Position numbers and translations under genes: made by a program
The notes under the pieces: model-generated
The model's database searches: none
Seen by the model: the letters and a program-made list of their open reading frames with translations, nothing else
Told to the model about the DNA's origin: nothing
Source: an uncultured Opitutales bacterium
GTDB taxonomy: Bacteria > Verrucomicrobiota > Verrucomicrobiia > Opitutales > Intestinicryptomonadaceae
Direction: 5' to 3'
NCBI GenBank assembly: GCA_944389575.1
Contig: CALXMX010000211.1
Coordinates: 1-44,483, forward strand
DNA: 44,483 nucleotides
Shown: positions 28,796 through 37,444 of the stretch, piece by piece
Numbering within the stretch: the stretch's first letter is position 1
Layout of the letters: every line of letters begins with the position of its first letter

Positions 28796-30100
28796 TCAAT
28801 GCGCCTTTCGGGAATCCCTAAGCAGCTGCCTGCGGCCGATGTCGCGGCGGAAGTGCGCGCCGGCAAACCCCGTCTTTTCAGCGAGGCTATAGGCCTTATC
28901 AAGCGCACCGGCAAGCGTGTCTGCGCGCGCGGTAAGCCCGAGCACGCGGCCGCCGTCGGACAGAATTTTTCCCCCGGACGATTTCGTGCCCGCATGGATT
29001 ATCCACGCTCCCTCCGGAATGTCCGAATCCTGCGGAAGCGAAATTTCAATCCCCTTTTTGTAAGAGCCCGGATAGCCCGCCGCGCACATCACCACGACCG
29101 CCGCATAGCCGTCGGAAATCTTCACGCCCGAATTGTCCAATTTTCCGCGCGCGATGCCGTACATCAACTCGAGCGGATCGCTCTCTATGAGCGGCATCAA
29201 AACCTGGCACTCCGGATCGCCGAAGCGCACGTTAAACTCCACGACCTTCGCCCCCCGGGCGGTTATCATTATTCCAACATACAGCGTGCCGCGATAATCT
29301 ATGCCTTCGGCGGCAAGCCCCTTCAAGGTCGGCTCGACAATATTCCTGCGAACGTCGCCGAGCACGGACTCGTCCGCGACGGCTGCGGGAGCGTACGCGC
29401 CCATGCCGCCGGTGTTCGGCCCGGTATCGCCCTCGCCGACGCGCTTGTGGTCCTGGCTGGCCGGAAGCATCACGTAATCGCGCCCGCACACCATGAGCAT
29501 TATGCTGGCCTCCTCTCCCTCCATTTTCTCCTCGACCACAATTTCCCTTCCGCTGTCTCCGAAAGTTCCGCCCTCGAGCATCTCGCGCGCCGCCTCAACC
29601 GCCTGTTCCCTGCTTTCGGGAATCACAACTCCCTTGCCCGCGGCCAGGCCGCTCGCCTTTATAACAACGTCGAACGGTGCCGACTCTATGTAGGCCTTCG
29701 CCGCCGCAAAGTCCCTAAAGCTCTCCCCCTCGGCGGTGGGTATGCCGTACTTTTACAAAAAAAACTTTGAAAACGCCTTGCTCGCCTCCAGTCTGGCGCC
29801 GTCCCTGCCCGGGCCGTAAACCGGAATCCCGCAGGCCCGAAGCCTGTCGGCAAGCCCCATCGACAGCGGAACCTCCGGCCCGCATATGACGAAGTTAAAG
29901 CCTCCGCCCGCGGCCAGTTCGACCAGCGCGTCAATGTCCTCGGCGCCCACATTTCCAAACGTTTCGCAGTCGCGCGATATTCCGCCGTTGCCGGGCGCGC
30001 ACGCCAGCCTCGCCAGTCTCGGCGACCTCTTCACCGCCTTGACAATCGCATGTTCCCTGCCGCCGCCGCCGACGACCAAAACCTTCAAATCTCTCTCCAT
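28796..30100 (-). pseudogene. purD: Phosphoribosylamine-glycine ligase interrupted by one in-frame TAA (29753-29755)
   Basis: A continuous frame reads KVLVVGGGGREHA...APGNGG...GPEVPL...LEASKAFSKFFL*KYGIPTA...VIKASGLAAGKGV...QDHKRVGEGDTGPNTGGMGAY...EFNVRFGDPE...GGRVL...FRRDIG. The two ORF-track pieces are in frame. Confidence 0.9.
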
Positions 30101-30152
30101 GTCGTTTTCCCCAAAAAGTTTCAACTAATCCGCCTAAAAAACCAGCGCCGCG

Positions 30153-31265
30153 CTATGTCGCCTTGCGGTAGAGCGACAGCGCAAACGCGAACATCGCCAC
30201 CACCGGAATAACCGAAGCGGCAAGCGGAGATATTATCCCCCTGCCGCCCATCGCCGCCATTATGTTGTCGATTATGTAATACAAAAAGAACAGCCCGAAA
30301 GTTTTTGAGACGCCGACCATCGGATTTGTGCGCACCCCGGATACGGAAAACGGAATCGCTATCGCAACGACAATCAGGCACACGAAGGAGCTTGTCCAAA
30401 TCGAATACCACCGCACGAGATACGGAAGCGACTCGCGCGCGGACTCCCCGCCGAAAGAATCCAGCAGCGCCTTCGTCTCAAAGAGGGACAAGTCCTTAGC
30501 CCTGCGCATAGAGAGCGCCATTATCCGCGGCTCCTCGTTAAAATCCTCAAACCTCCGCCTGTCGAAAGACGACTCATGGGCGATCGTTCCGCCTTCGGCA
30601 AACTCCATAAATTTGCCGTTGTAAAACTCCCAGCAGCCCGCGGCGTCGTCGTAGACGGCCTTTGAAGCCATCACTTTGGATTTCTCCGCCCCGTCGGCGT
30701 CCATCACCGACACGCTCACTCCGCGACCCTCGTTCGTGGCCTGGCTAAACGAGTTCATGAACCAGAGCCTGCCCTGCTTTCTGTCGTTAAAGCACAGCGG
30801 CGCGAGCACCCCGACCGCTCCGGCGTCCTTTGCGCTTTTTAGCTGCTGCTCGAAATTGACCGAATCGTAAATCGCGCGCGAGCGTTCAATACAGACCGGT
30901 ATGGCGTCGGCATTCAGCCAGAGCATCAGCCCCGAGAGCGCCAGCCCCGCCAGCCACAGCGTGCGCGTAATCGAAAACACGTTCATTCCCGCCGAACGCA
31001 TCGCCGTAATTTCATTGTTTCTATGCAGCGCGCCGAGCACGTATATCAGCGATATCAGCAGGCTTATCGGAAGAACCACCGGTATGAGCGTGGGCGCGAG
31101 AAGCGCGTAGAACAGCGATATCTCGCGCAAGGAGGCTCCCCAGTTTATAAGCTTGCCGAGATTGCTGTACATGTCGTGCATTATGAGTATGCCCAGCGTG
31201 ACGCCCAAGGCTATGGCAAAAACCTTCAGCCATTCGACAAAAACGTATCTGTCAAGCAGTCTCAT
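30153..31265 (-). CDS. LptF/LptG family LPS export permease
   Basis: MRLLDRYV, VLPISLL, RNNEITAMRSAGM; 3+3 transmembrane layout around a periplasmic domain. 370 aa. Confidence 0.9.
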   Translation of the reverse strand: MRLLDRYVFVEWLKVFAIALGVTLGILIMHDMYSNLGKLINWGASLREISLFYALLAPTLIPVVLPISLLISLIYVLGALHRNNEITAMRSAGMNVFSITRTLWLAGLALSGLMLWLNADAIPVCIERSRAIYDSVNFEQQLKSAKDAGAVGVLAPLCFNDRKQGRLWFMNSFSQATNEGRGVSVSVMDADGAEKSKVMASKAVYDDAAGCWEFYNGKFMEFAEGGTIAHESSFDRRRFEDFNEEPRIMALSMRRAKDLSLFETKALLDSFGGESARESLPYLVRWYSIWTSSFVCLIVVAIAIPFSVSGVRTNPMVGVSKTFGLFFLYYIIDNIMAAMGGRGIISPLAASVIPVVAMFAFALSLYRKAT

Positions 31266-31315
31266 AATGATAATGCGCGCGATTGTTTTTTGCGGTCTCC
31301 GCGGCGCGGGGTTCG

Positions 31316-32353
31316 TCAGAAAAACACTTTGAGCCTCAGCGTCCAAAACATGTGGACGGGGTGTTTTTGCTGGTTGAATTCCGCCGTGCGCAAAGTGTAG
31401 TTCAAGTCCGCCTCAAAGCAGCCGTAGCGCGCCGACACCCCCGCGAGCACCTCCCCTACAAGCCACTTGGGAACGACCCACCTACTGTCGGCAAAAGTGT
31501 TCCCGTCGAGGGCGATGTCGTACGCCACAAATCTTGCAGCGCCCCCGCCGTAAAAATACAGGTGCCAATCCGGACGGCCGCCTTCCGGAATCCACTGAAC
31601 GTCGTTTCCACCGGCGGCGTCTATTCTGTTAGGGTCGAACGAATACGGAACATTGTAGCCGAAGCGCACCAGCGCCCGCAGCTGCCCCTGCGTCTTGACG
31701 TTGCCCAAGTCAGCCCCGATCGAGCCGATAAAATCCGACGCCCACCCGCGATGTCCGCCGAAGCGCAAGAGACGCTCGCTGTGATTGTACCCTATCTCTA
31801 TTCCCGGCTCGTTCTTAACTTGGTCGTGCCAGCCCATCGGCCATGTGGCCCCGATGATGCTGTGAAAAAACTTCTGGGCGTCCTCCGCCAGCGATATGGG
31901 GCCGACAACCCCGAGATTCACCGAGAGCGAATCAAGCCTGTCTTTCGACGCCAAATGCGCCCCCGCACCGACGTACAGCCAGCCGGCGTAAGGCCTGTCC
32001 CACGCCGGGGGATTCGGATCCGATATCTCGCCCGGAACGTACATATTCTGGCCTATGCATGCGGTCTGATACGCCTGCCTCCCGTCGATCAGCGCGCGGA
32101 GAGCCATGAACTGGAGCTTTGAGGCCAGAAAGTCGTCGCCCTCGCCGGTGTACATGATTTTCAGGCCGTTCGTGTAGTATCTGTCGGAAAAGTAAATGTC
32201 GTTTTCGACGTAGAGAGAAATGCTTTGAAGTATCGGCTTTTCGGCGGGCTTTGCCTCAAAATCCGCCGGCCTGCGCGCCGATTCCGCCCGGGCGGCCTGC
32301 GCCGCGCAGAGAAAAAACGCGGCGGCGATTGACAAAATCCGCAAAAATTTCAT
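31316..32353 (-). CDS. LpxR-family lipid A deacylase (DUF2219) outer-membrane barrel
   Basis: Signal peptide; ENDIY, DRYYTNG, GQNMY, DRPYAGWLY, GVVGP, QKFFH, GWHDQ and LDGN; terminal Phe. Confidence 0.85.
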   Translation of the reverse strand: MKFLRILSIAAAFFLCAAQAARAESARRPADFEAKPAEKPILQSISLYVENDIYFSDRYYTNGLKIMYTGEGDDFLASKLQFMALRALIDGRQAYQTACIGQNMYVPGEISDPNPPAWDRPYAGWLYVGAGAHLASKDRLDSLSVNLGVVGPISLAEDAQKFFHSIIGATWPMGWHDQVKNEPGIEIGYNHSERLLRFGGHRGWASDFIGSIGADLGNVKTQGQLRALVRFGYNVPYSFDPNRIDAAGGNDVQWIPEGGRPDWHLYFYGGGAARFVAYDIALDGNTFADSRWVVPKWLVGEVLAGVSARYGCFEADLNYTLRTAEFNQQKHPVHMFWTLRLKVFF

Positions 32354-32390
32354 AAGGTTTAGATAATGCGAATTACATCGGGCAAGGCAA
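32329..32390. promoter_or_regulatory. Candidate overlapping divergent promoters for rsmD and the LpxR-like gene
   Basis: Plus strand TTGACA (32329), N18, TAAGGT, N7, ATG (32366). Minus strand TTGCCT (32390), N16, CATTAT, N9, ATG (32353). Confidence 0.5.
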
Positions 32391-33022
32391 GAGGAATTTC
32401 TCTCAAAGCGCCTCGCGGCGACGCCACGCGGCCGGCCACCGACGCCGCGCGCCAAGCCGTGTTTTCCTCCCTCTCCGGCCTCGTGGAGGACGCGAGCGTG
32501 CTGGACCTCTTCGCCGGAACGGGCTCGTACGGGCTCGAAGCCCTGAGCCGCGGCGCGCAGACCGCCGTGTTCGTCGAGAACTGCCGCGGCGCGATAAAAT
32601 GCCTAAGAATCAACGCCGGCGCCGTCTTGAAGGCTATCGGCACCCAGAGCGGCGGACGGGCGGAAATAATTGAGGCCGACGCATTCAAAAACCCCGCGCT
32701 CTGCGGGCGCAAATTCGACATCGTATTTGCCGACCCGCCCTACTCCATGCTGCTCGACCCCGCATCGGCAGAAAAAATATTCTCCGCCCTCGCCCGCGTC
32801 GCCAACCCCGGCGCCGTATTCGCGCTTGAAGCCCCTGCGGAATTTGAACCGGAGCAAAGCGGATTATGCGGAAAATTCGGGTTTGAACAAATTAGGAGGC
32901 TCGGGAAAAAATCGAGGGGCAAGCCGAGCCAAATTTTGCTGAGAGTCGCCCAACGCGGAGCGGGCGTACAATCGGACGACCTTTTGCAATCAAGGCGGAA
33001 CCCATCTGAAAAAGTTTCCTGA
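32366..33022 (+). CDS. rsmD: RsmD family rRNA methyltransferase
   Basis: MRITSGKARG, TRPATD, VLDLFAGTGSYGLEALSRGA and FDIVFADPPY. Confidence 0.9.
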   Translation: MRITSGKARGISLKAPRGDATRPATDAARQAVFSSLSGLVEDASVLDLFAGTGSYGLEALSRGAQTAVFVENCRGAIKCLRINAGAVLKAIGTQSGGRAEIIEADAFKNPALCGRKFDIVFADPPYSMLLDPASAEKIFSALARVANPGAVFALEAPAEFEPEQSGLCGKFGFEQIRRLGKKSRGKPSQILLRVAQRGAGVQSDDLLQSRRNPSEKVS

Positions 33023-33647
33023 ATCTAACCGCCGTCCGATGGGATTCGGATTCGCGCGCAAATTGCAGCGCAAAAAAATCGGGTCCGAAACGGGATTTTT
33101 TTTGGGAAAGGCGAAGGAATGCGGGCGTTCCGGCATACTTAAGAAACCGCGCGCAGATTGCATTTCAGAAGCCGGGGTTAAAAATATTTTTCACGCGCTC
33201 CGAAACGAAACAAGGTTATGAAGCGCTATTGAACCGCTATTCGCGAGCGAAAAAATTTCAATATTCCAGCCGCGCATCGCAGGCGAAATATCCGTAAAAA
33301 TTTCCCGCGCGCTTCATAAAAAAGAGGAGTCCCGGCCCGCCGCAATTTAAAACCGCCCCATTGCCCCCTCGCGCAGAAAACCGAGCGAAGAAAGAGACAT
33401 TTTCAAGTTTCATTTTTGCGAAATCAAACCTCCTCGCAAATGCCCCCGCGCCGCGCGCAAAGGGCGCGCGCTTCCCAAAAACGCGGCGAGAAAAATGCGC
33501 ATGCCGGGCGGTCGTACATTGCCGGCAAAACACCGTTAGACGCCGCTAAATTTTCAGCCGAATCGCACACCGCAAAGCGCGAAAAAAACGCAAGGCGCGC
33601 GAAAAAGACGCCGCCGCAAAAATCCGCCAAACGCGAAAAGCCGGACA

Positions 33648-34955
33648 TTACAGATCCAGCAAAAACACTTTTGAGTTTCTGCGGGATTCGGAATATTTTT
33701 CAAGGCGCGCGGGAGGAAGGTTGCCGGGGGAAACCTCGCGAAATCCGCAGACGAGAAAAAACGGCGCGTTCTTTGTGCTCAGGGCGAACAGGCGCTGAAA
33801 TCCAGCCTCGCGCGCCCTCATCTTAACGTACTCTACCATTTTGCTTCCAACGCCGCAGCCCTGGCAGAACGGCTGGACGTGAAGCCCCGCCAGCTCCGCC
33901 GCGCCGCCGCCGATGTCCACAAGACTTACGAAAGCCACAATGCTGCCGTCCATCTCATAGACGTAATAGTTCCCTATGCCGCGCTCTATTTCCTCCGCGG
34001 AACGGTAAACCAAATTCTGCGTCTGCGCGGAGATTTTCGACAGGTTGTAAATTGTGGGAACGTCCTCCTGCACGGCCGCGCGTATCTTTTGATACTCGTC
34101 CGCATAAATCATGGTGCCGCAGCCGACCTTGTCGAAAAGCTCGTTCAGCAAGCACGCGAACTGGCGGCCGTCCAAAATGTGCGCGCGCTGCGTCCGCGAC
34201 GACTCCAGTGCGCGTATCGCGTGCACGACCTTTGAAAACACGCGCGGATCAATGTCGTTCTTCCTGCTCTCGCACATCTGTTTGACCTCGCGCAGTGGGA
34301 CGGCGACCGTCTTTTCCGAACCCACGCAAAGCCCGCAAGTCTCGGTGATGAATATCAGCTTCGACGCCCTCAGCCCGACGGCGAGTTCCGCGGCCAGCAA
34401 ATCGGAATTTATCCTGCAAATCCTGCCGTCACGCCTGGTTGCCATCGGGGAGAAAATGGGCGCCATGCCCAAATCCAAAAGATTTTCTATCGTTTTGAAG
34501 TCTATTTTCTCTATGCGGCCCGCGTTGAGATAGTCCACCCCCGATATTATCCCGACCTCCGTCGCCCTGACGGCGTTTGTCGAGACGCACTTCACGTTCT
34601 GGGCGGCAAACTCGTCAACGATACGCTGGAGCACGACCGCCGAAGCCCTGCGCGCCTCGGCAAGCGTGGCGTCGTCAACGGGATTGGAGCCGTAGATGTC
34701 GCTCAATTTCGCCCCGCGCTCGGCGGCGCGGCGCAGCTGAAGCCCTATCCCGTGAACGACGACGACGTTTATCCCGAGGCTTCGCAACACCGCTATGTCC
34801 GTCACGATATTTGCGAAGTTGTCGCAATCTACAATGCTGCCGTCGATGGACAGCACGAAAGTCTGGCCGCGATACAGCGGGACGTATTCCAATATTCCGC
34901 GCAAATCCGAAGCCTTGAAGGGCCCGGCATGGGGAATGTCGCAATGGCTTTCCAT
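33648..34955 (-). CDS. argA: Amino-acid N-acetyltransferase (N-acetylglutamate synthase; AAK plus GNAT domains)
   Basis: YVPLYRGQTFV, VVVHG, RAHILDG, LLNELF..VG.GTMI, GNAT QGCGVG and YSESRRNSKV. Confidence 0.93.
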   Translation of the reverse strand: MESHCDIPHAGPFKASDLRGILEYVPLYRGQTFVLSIDGSIVDCDNFANIVTDIAVLRSLGINVVVVHGIGLQLRRAAERGAKLSDIYGSNPVDDATLAEARRASAVVLQRIVDEFAAQNVKCVSTNAVRATEVGIISGVDYLNAGRIEKIDFKTIENLLDLGMAPIFSPMATRRDGRICRINSDLLAAELAVGLRASKLIFITETCGLCVGSEKTVAVPLREVKQMCESRKNDIDPRVFSKVVHAIRALESSRTQRAHILDGRQFACLLNELFDKVGCGTMIYADEYQKIRAAVQEDVPTIYNLSKISAQTQNLVYRSAEEIERGIGNYYVYEMDGSIVAFVSLVDIGGGAAELAGLHVQPFCQGCGVGSKMVEYVKMRAREAGFQRLFALSTKNAPFFLVCGFREVSPGNLPPARLEKYSESRRNSKVFLLDL

Positions 34956-35014
34956 TTTAGTGCGGGATTTTTTCGCAAGGCGCCGGGCGCCAGATTCCGC
35001 GCAGCCTCGCCGCG

Positions 35015-35572
35015 CTAAGCGCGCCCGAGGTACTCGCCGTCCTCCGTGCGTATCCTCAAGACGTCGCCCTGCTTGATGAACAGGGGAACCTGAACCACCA
35101 CGCCGTTTGCCAGCGTCACGGGCTTCGTCGGCGCGGACGACGTGTCTCCGCGCAGACCCTCCGAGGCCTCCGCAACCGTTATTTCCATGGAATTGGGAAG
35201 CTCCAGCGAAACGGCCTCGTCATTGACAAACAAAATCGTGTACACCACGCCCTCAACAAGCCACTTTACGTCGTCGCCGATGGTGTCCTTCATCAGAATG
35301 AAGTCCTCAAAGGTTTCGGGGTTGATGAAATGGTATTGATCGCCGTCGGCGTAGGAATACTCAAGCTGGTGGTTGGTCGTCTGGCAGAACTCTACGGAGT
35401 CCGTAGAGCGGAACTTCACCGCCGTTGAGGCGTTGTTCGACAGGTTGCGCAAAACGGTCTGCACGAAACCCGCCTGCCTGCCCTGCGTCCTGTGGAGCAT
35501 GCTCATGACGACATGGGGCGTGCCGTTGTACATAATCACTCTGCCCTTGCGAATGTCTGTTGGTGATGCCAT
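35015..35572 (-). CDS. efp: Translation elongation factor P
   Basis: DIRKG, KFRSTD, LEYSYADG, GLRGDT, KPVTL, VQVPLFIKQGD and EYLGRA. 185 aa. Confidence 0.96.
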   Translation of the reverse strand: MASPTDIRKGRVIMYNGTPHVVMSMLHRTQGRQAGFVQTVLRNLSNNASTAVKFRSTDSVEFCQTTNHQLEYSYADGDQYHFINPETFEDFILMKDTIGDDVKWLVEGVVYTILFVNDEAVSLELPNSMEITVAEASEGLRGDTSSAPTKPVTLANGVVVQVPLFIKQGDVLRIRTEDGEYLGRA

Positions 35573-35645
35573 ATGATGGTATTGTCCTTGCTGTACTTCG
35601 TTGTTGTTTTTCTCGAGGCTCGATTGCGGCCCGATTGCGAAAAGT

Positions 35646-36716
35646 TCACACCCAGTCGGAGTCGCGCCAGAGGAGAGCCTTGGCGACGTCGCGCGCAAAA
35701 AACGGCCCGCGGTAAATCATGCCGGTGTATATCTGAACGAGACTCGCGCCGGCATTCATCATTTCGCCCGCGCGCTTTACGTTCGTTATGCCGCCGACCC
35801 CTATGATCGGCAGCTTCCCGCCCGTCGCCTTCGATATGTATCGCACAACCTCTATCGACTTTTCAAAAAGCGGCGCTCCGCTCAGCCCGCCGGCCTTCTC
35901 CATGTACGAAAAACTCTCGCCGCGCTCAACCGTGGTGTTCGTCGCGCAGACGCCGTCGAGCCCGAATTCGTGAAGCACCGAAAGAACAGAGTCGATCTCC
36001 GAGAAGGTCAGATCCGGAGCTATCTTCAAAATCATGGGAATGCGCCTGACCCCGAGCTTCTTCGCCCTGTCGTCGTTCGCCCGCGCCAAAGCCCACAGGA
36101 GATTGGAAAGATACTCGCTCCCCTGGAGCCTGCGGAGCTCCGGAGTGTTGGGGCTGCTGACGTTTACGACAAAGAAATCGGCGTAGTCGGCCAGCGCGTT
36201 AAAGCTGAATAGGTAGTCTTGCGCGGCCTCCTCCAACGGGGTTATTTTGCTCTTGCCGATATTGATTCCAATGGGAACGAGCCTCTTTTTCGCCGCCGAG
36301 CCGACGGTCTTGGAAAGGCGATTGGCAATTTCCTGCGCGCCGTCGTTGGGAAAGCCGCAGCAGTTTACAACGCCTTCGGCCTCGGGATACCTGAAGTAGC
36401 GCGGGCGCGGATTCCCCGGCTGCTTCTGCCTGGAGACCGTCCCTATTTCCACGTGGCCGAATCCGAAGGCGCCCGCCGCGCGGAACGCGAACGCGTCCTT
36501 GTCAAAACCCGCCGCCAAGCCCACGCGGTTGGGAAAGTCCACGCCGAACACGTTAATTTTGTTCGGGGTTTTCACAAGGTTAAGCAGTTCCATAACCTTG
36601 CGAACCGGCGCAACCGCCCCGACCACCTGCATGGCCTTCAGCGCAACATTGTGCGCCATTTCCGGATCTTGGGTGAAAAAGACCGGGCGCACGATTTTTT
36701 CGTAAAGGTAATCCAT
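35646..36716 (-). CDS. pyrD: Quinone-dependent (class 2) dihydroorotate dehydrogenase
   Basis: DPEMAH, GLAAGFDK, QPGNPRPR, GINIGKSK, NVSSPNT, KIAPDL, GGLSG and QIYTG. Confidence 0.96.
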   Translation of the reverse strand: MDYLYEKIVRPVFFTQDPEMAHNVALKAMQVVGAVAPVRKVMELLNLVKTPNKINVFGVDFPNRVGLAAGFDKDAFAFRAAGAFGFGHVEIGTVSRQKQPGNPRPRYFRYPEAEGVVNCCGFPNDGAQEIANRLSKTVGSAAKKRLVPIGINIGKSKITPLEEAAQDYLFSFNALADYADFFVVNVSSPNTPELRRLQGSEYLSNLLWALARANDDRAKKLGVRRIPMILKIAPDLTFSEIDSVLSVLHEFGLDGVCATNTTVERGESFSYMEKAGGLSGAPLFEKSIEVVRYISKATGGKLPIIGVGGITNVKRAGEMMNAGASLVQIYTGMIYRGPFFARDVAKALLWRDSDWV

Positions 36717-36790
36717 TCTTACAACTAAAAATTTATCAAAACGTATATTGAATGGGTTTTCAAACTTCAAGCATTTTAGAACGCGAAGGC

Positions 36791-36832
36791 GGCGCGGCAA
36801 TACCCGCGGACGGCGCGGCAAGAACCGCGGAC
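36791..36832. repeat. 21-bp imperfect tandem duplication in the dtd-pyrD spacer
   Basis: ggcgcggcaatacccgcggac followed by ggcgcggcaagaaccgcggac. Confidence 0.8.
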
Positions 36833-36970
36833 GGCTCAACGCCGCCGCCGCGCTCAAAACGGAGTAAGCCGCGCGCAGCACGACGCAGGCCGAACGCTCA
36901 AAGAGCAGCAACTTTCGAGCGCGGGCGCGCGGCCTATTCTCTTATACTACTGCGGGCGCACACGCCTACT

Positions 36971-37441
36971 TTAAAATCCGCGCTCGCGCGAATCCAGAAT
37001 CAGCGTAACCGGCCCGTCGTTTACGAGCCGCACGTCCATCATCGCGCCAAACTGGCCGCGCGCAACCCTGCCCTGCAAGCGTTCGCCCAACAGCCCGCAA
37101 AATTTTTCGTACAATCCGAGCGCCTCGCCCGGAGGGGCAGACCTGTTGAACGACGGCCTGTTCCCCTTCTTCATGTTTCCGTAAAGCGTGAACTGGCTGA
37201 CGACCAACGCCCACCCGCCGGACTCCTCGAGCGAAAGGTTCATCTTTCCCTCGGAGTCCTCAAATATTCTCATGGCGGCGATTTTTGAAGCAAGCCATTC
37301 CGCGTCCTCCACGCCGTCCCCGACGCTTACGGCGGCGAGCACGAGCACGCCGGTCCCTATTTGCGCGACGCTCTTTGGCGGGTTTCCCTCCTCCAGCACG
37401 TCCACGCCCGCGCGCTTCACCCTCTGAACCACGACTCTCAT
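36971..37441 (-). CDS. dtd: D-aminoacyl-tRNA deacylase
   Basis: MRVVVQRV, RIFED..GKMNLS, VSQFTL, KGNRPSF and NDGPVT. Confidence 0.97.
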   Translation of the reverse strand: MRVVVQRVKRAGVDVLEEGNPPKSVAQIGTGVLVLAAVSVGDGVEDAEWLASKIAAMRIFEDSEGKMNLSLEESGGWALVVSQFTLYGNMKKGNRPSFNRSAPPGEALGLYEKFCGLLGERLQGRVARGQFGAMMDVRLVNDGPVTLILDSRERGF

Positions 37442-37444
37442 AAT

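Noticed and set aside
29740-29770. Phase-variable frameshift at the purD T8 tract
   Set aside because: Upstream and downstream segments are already in frame and align to homologues without a gap; changing tract length would break, not restore, the frame.
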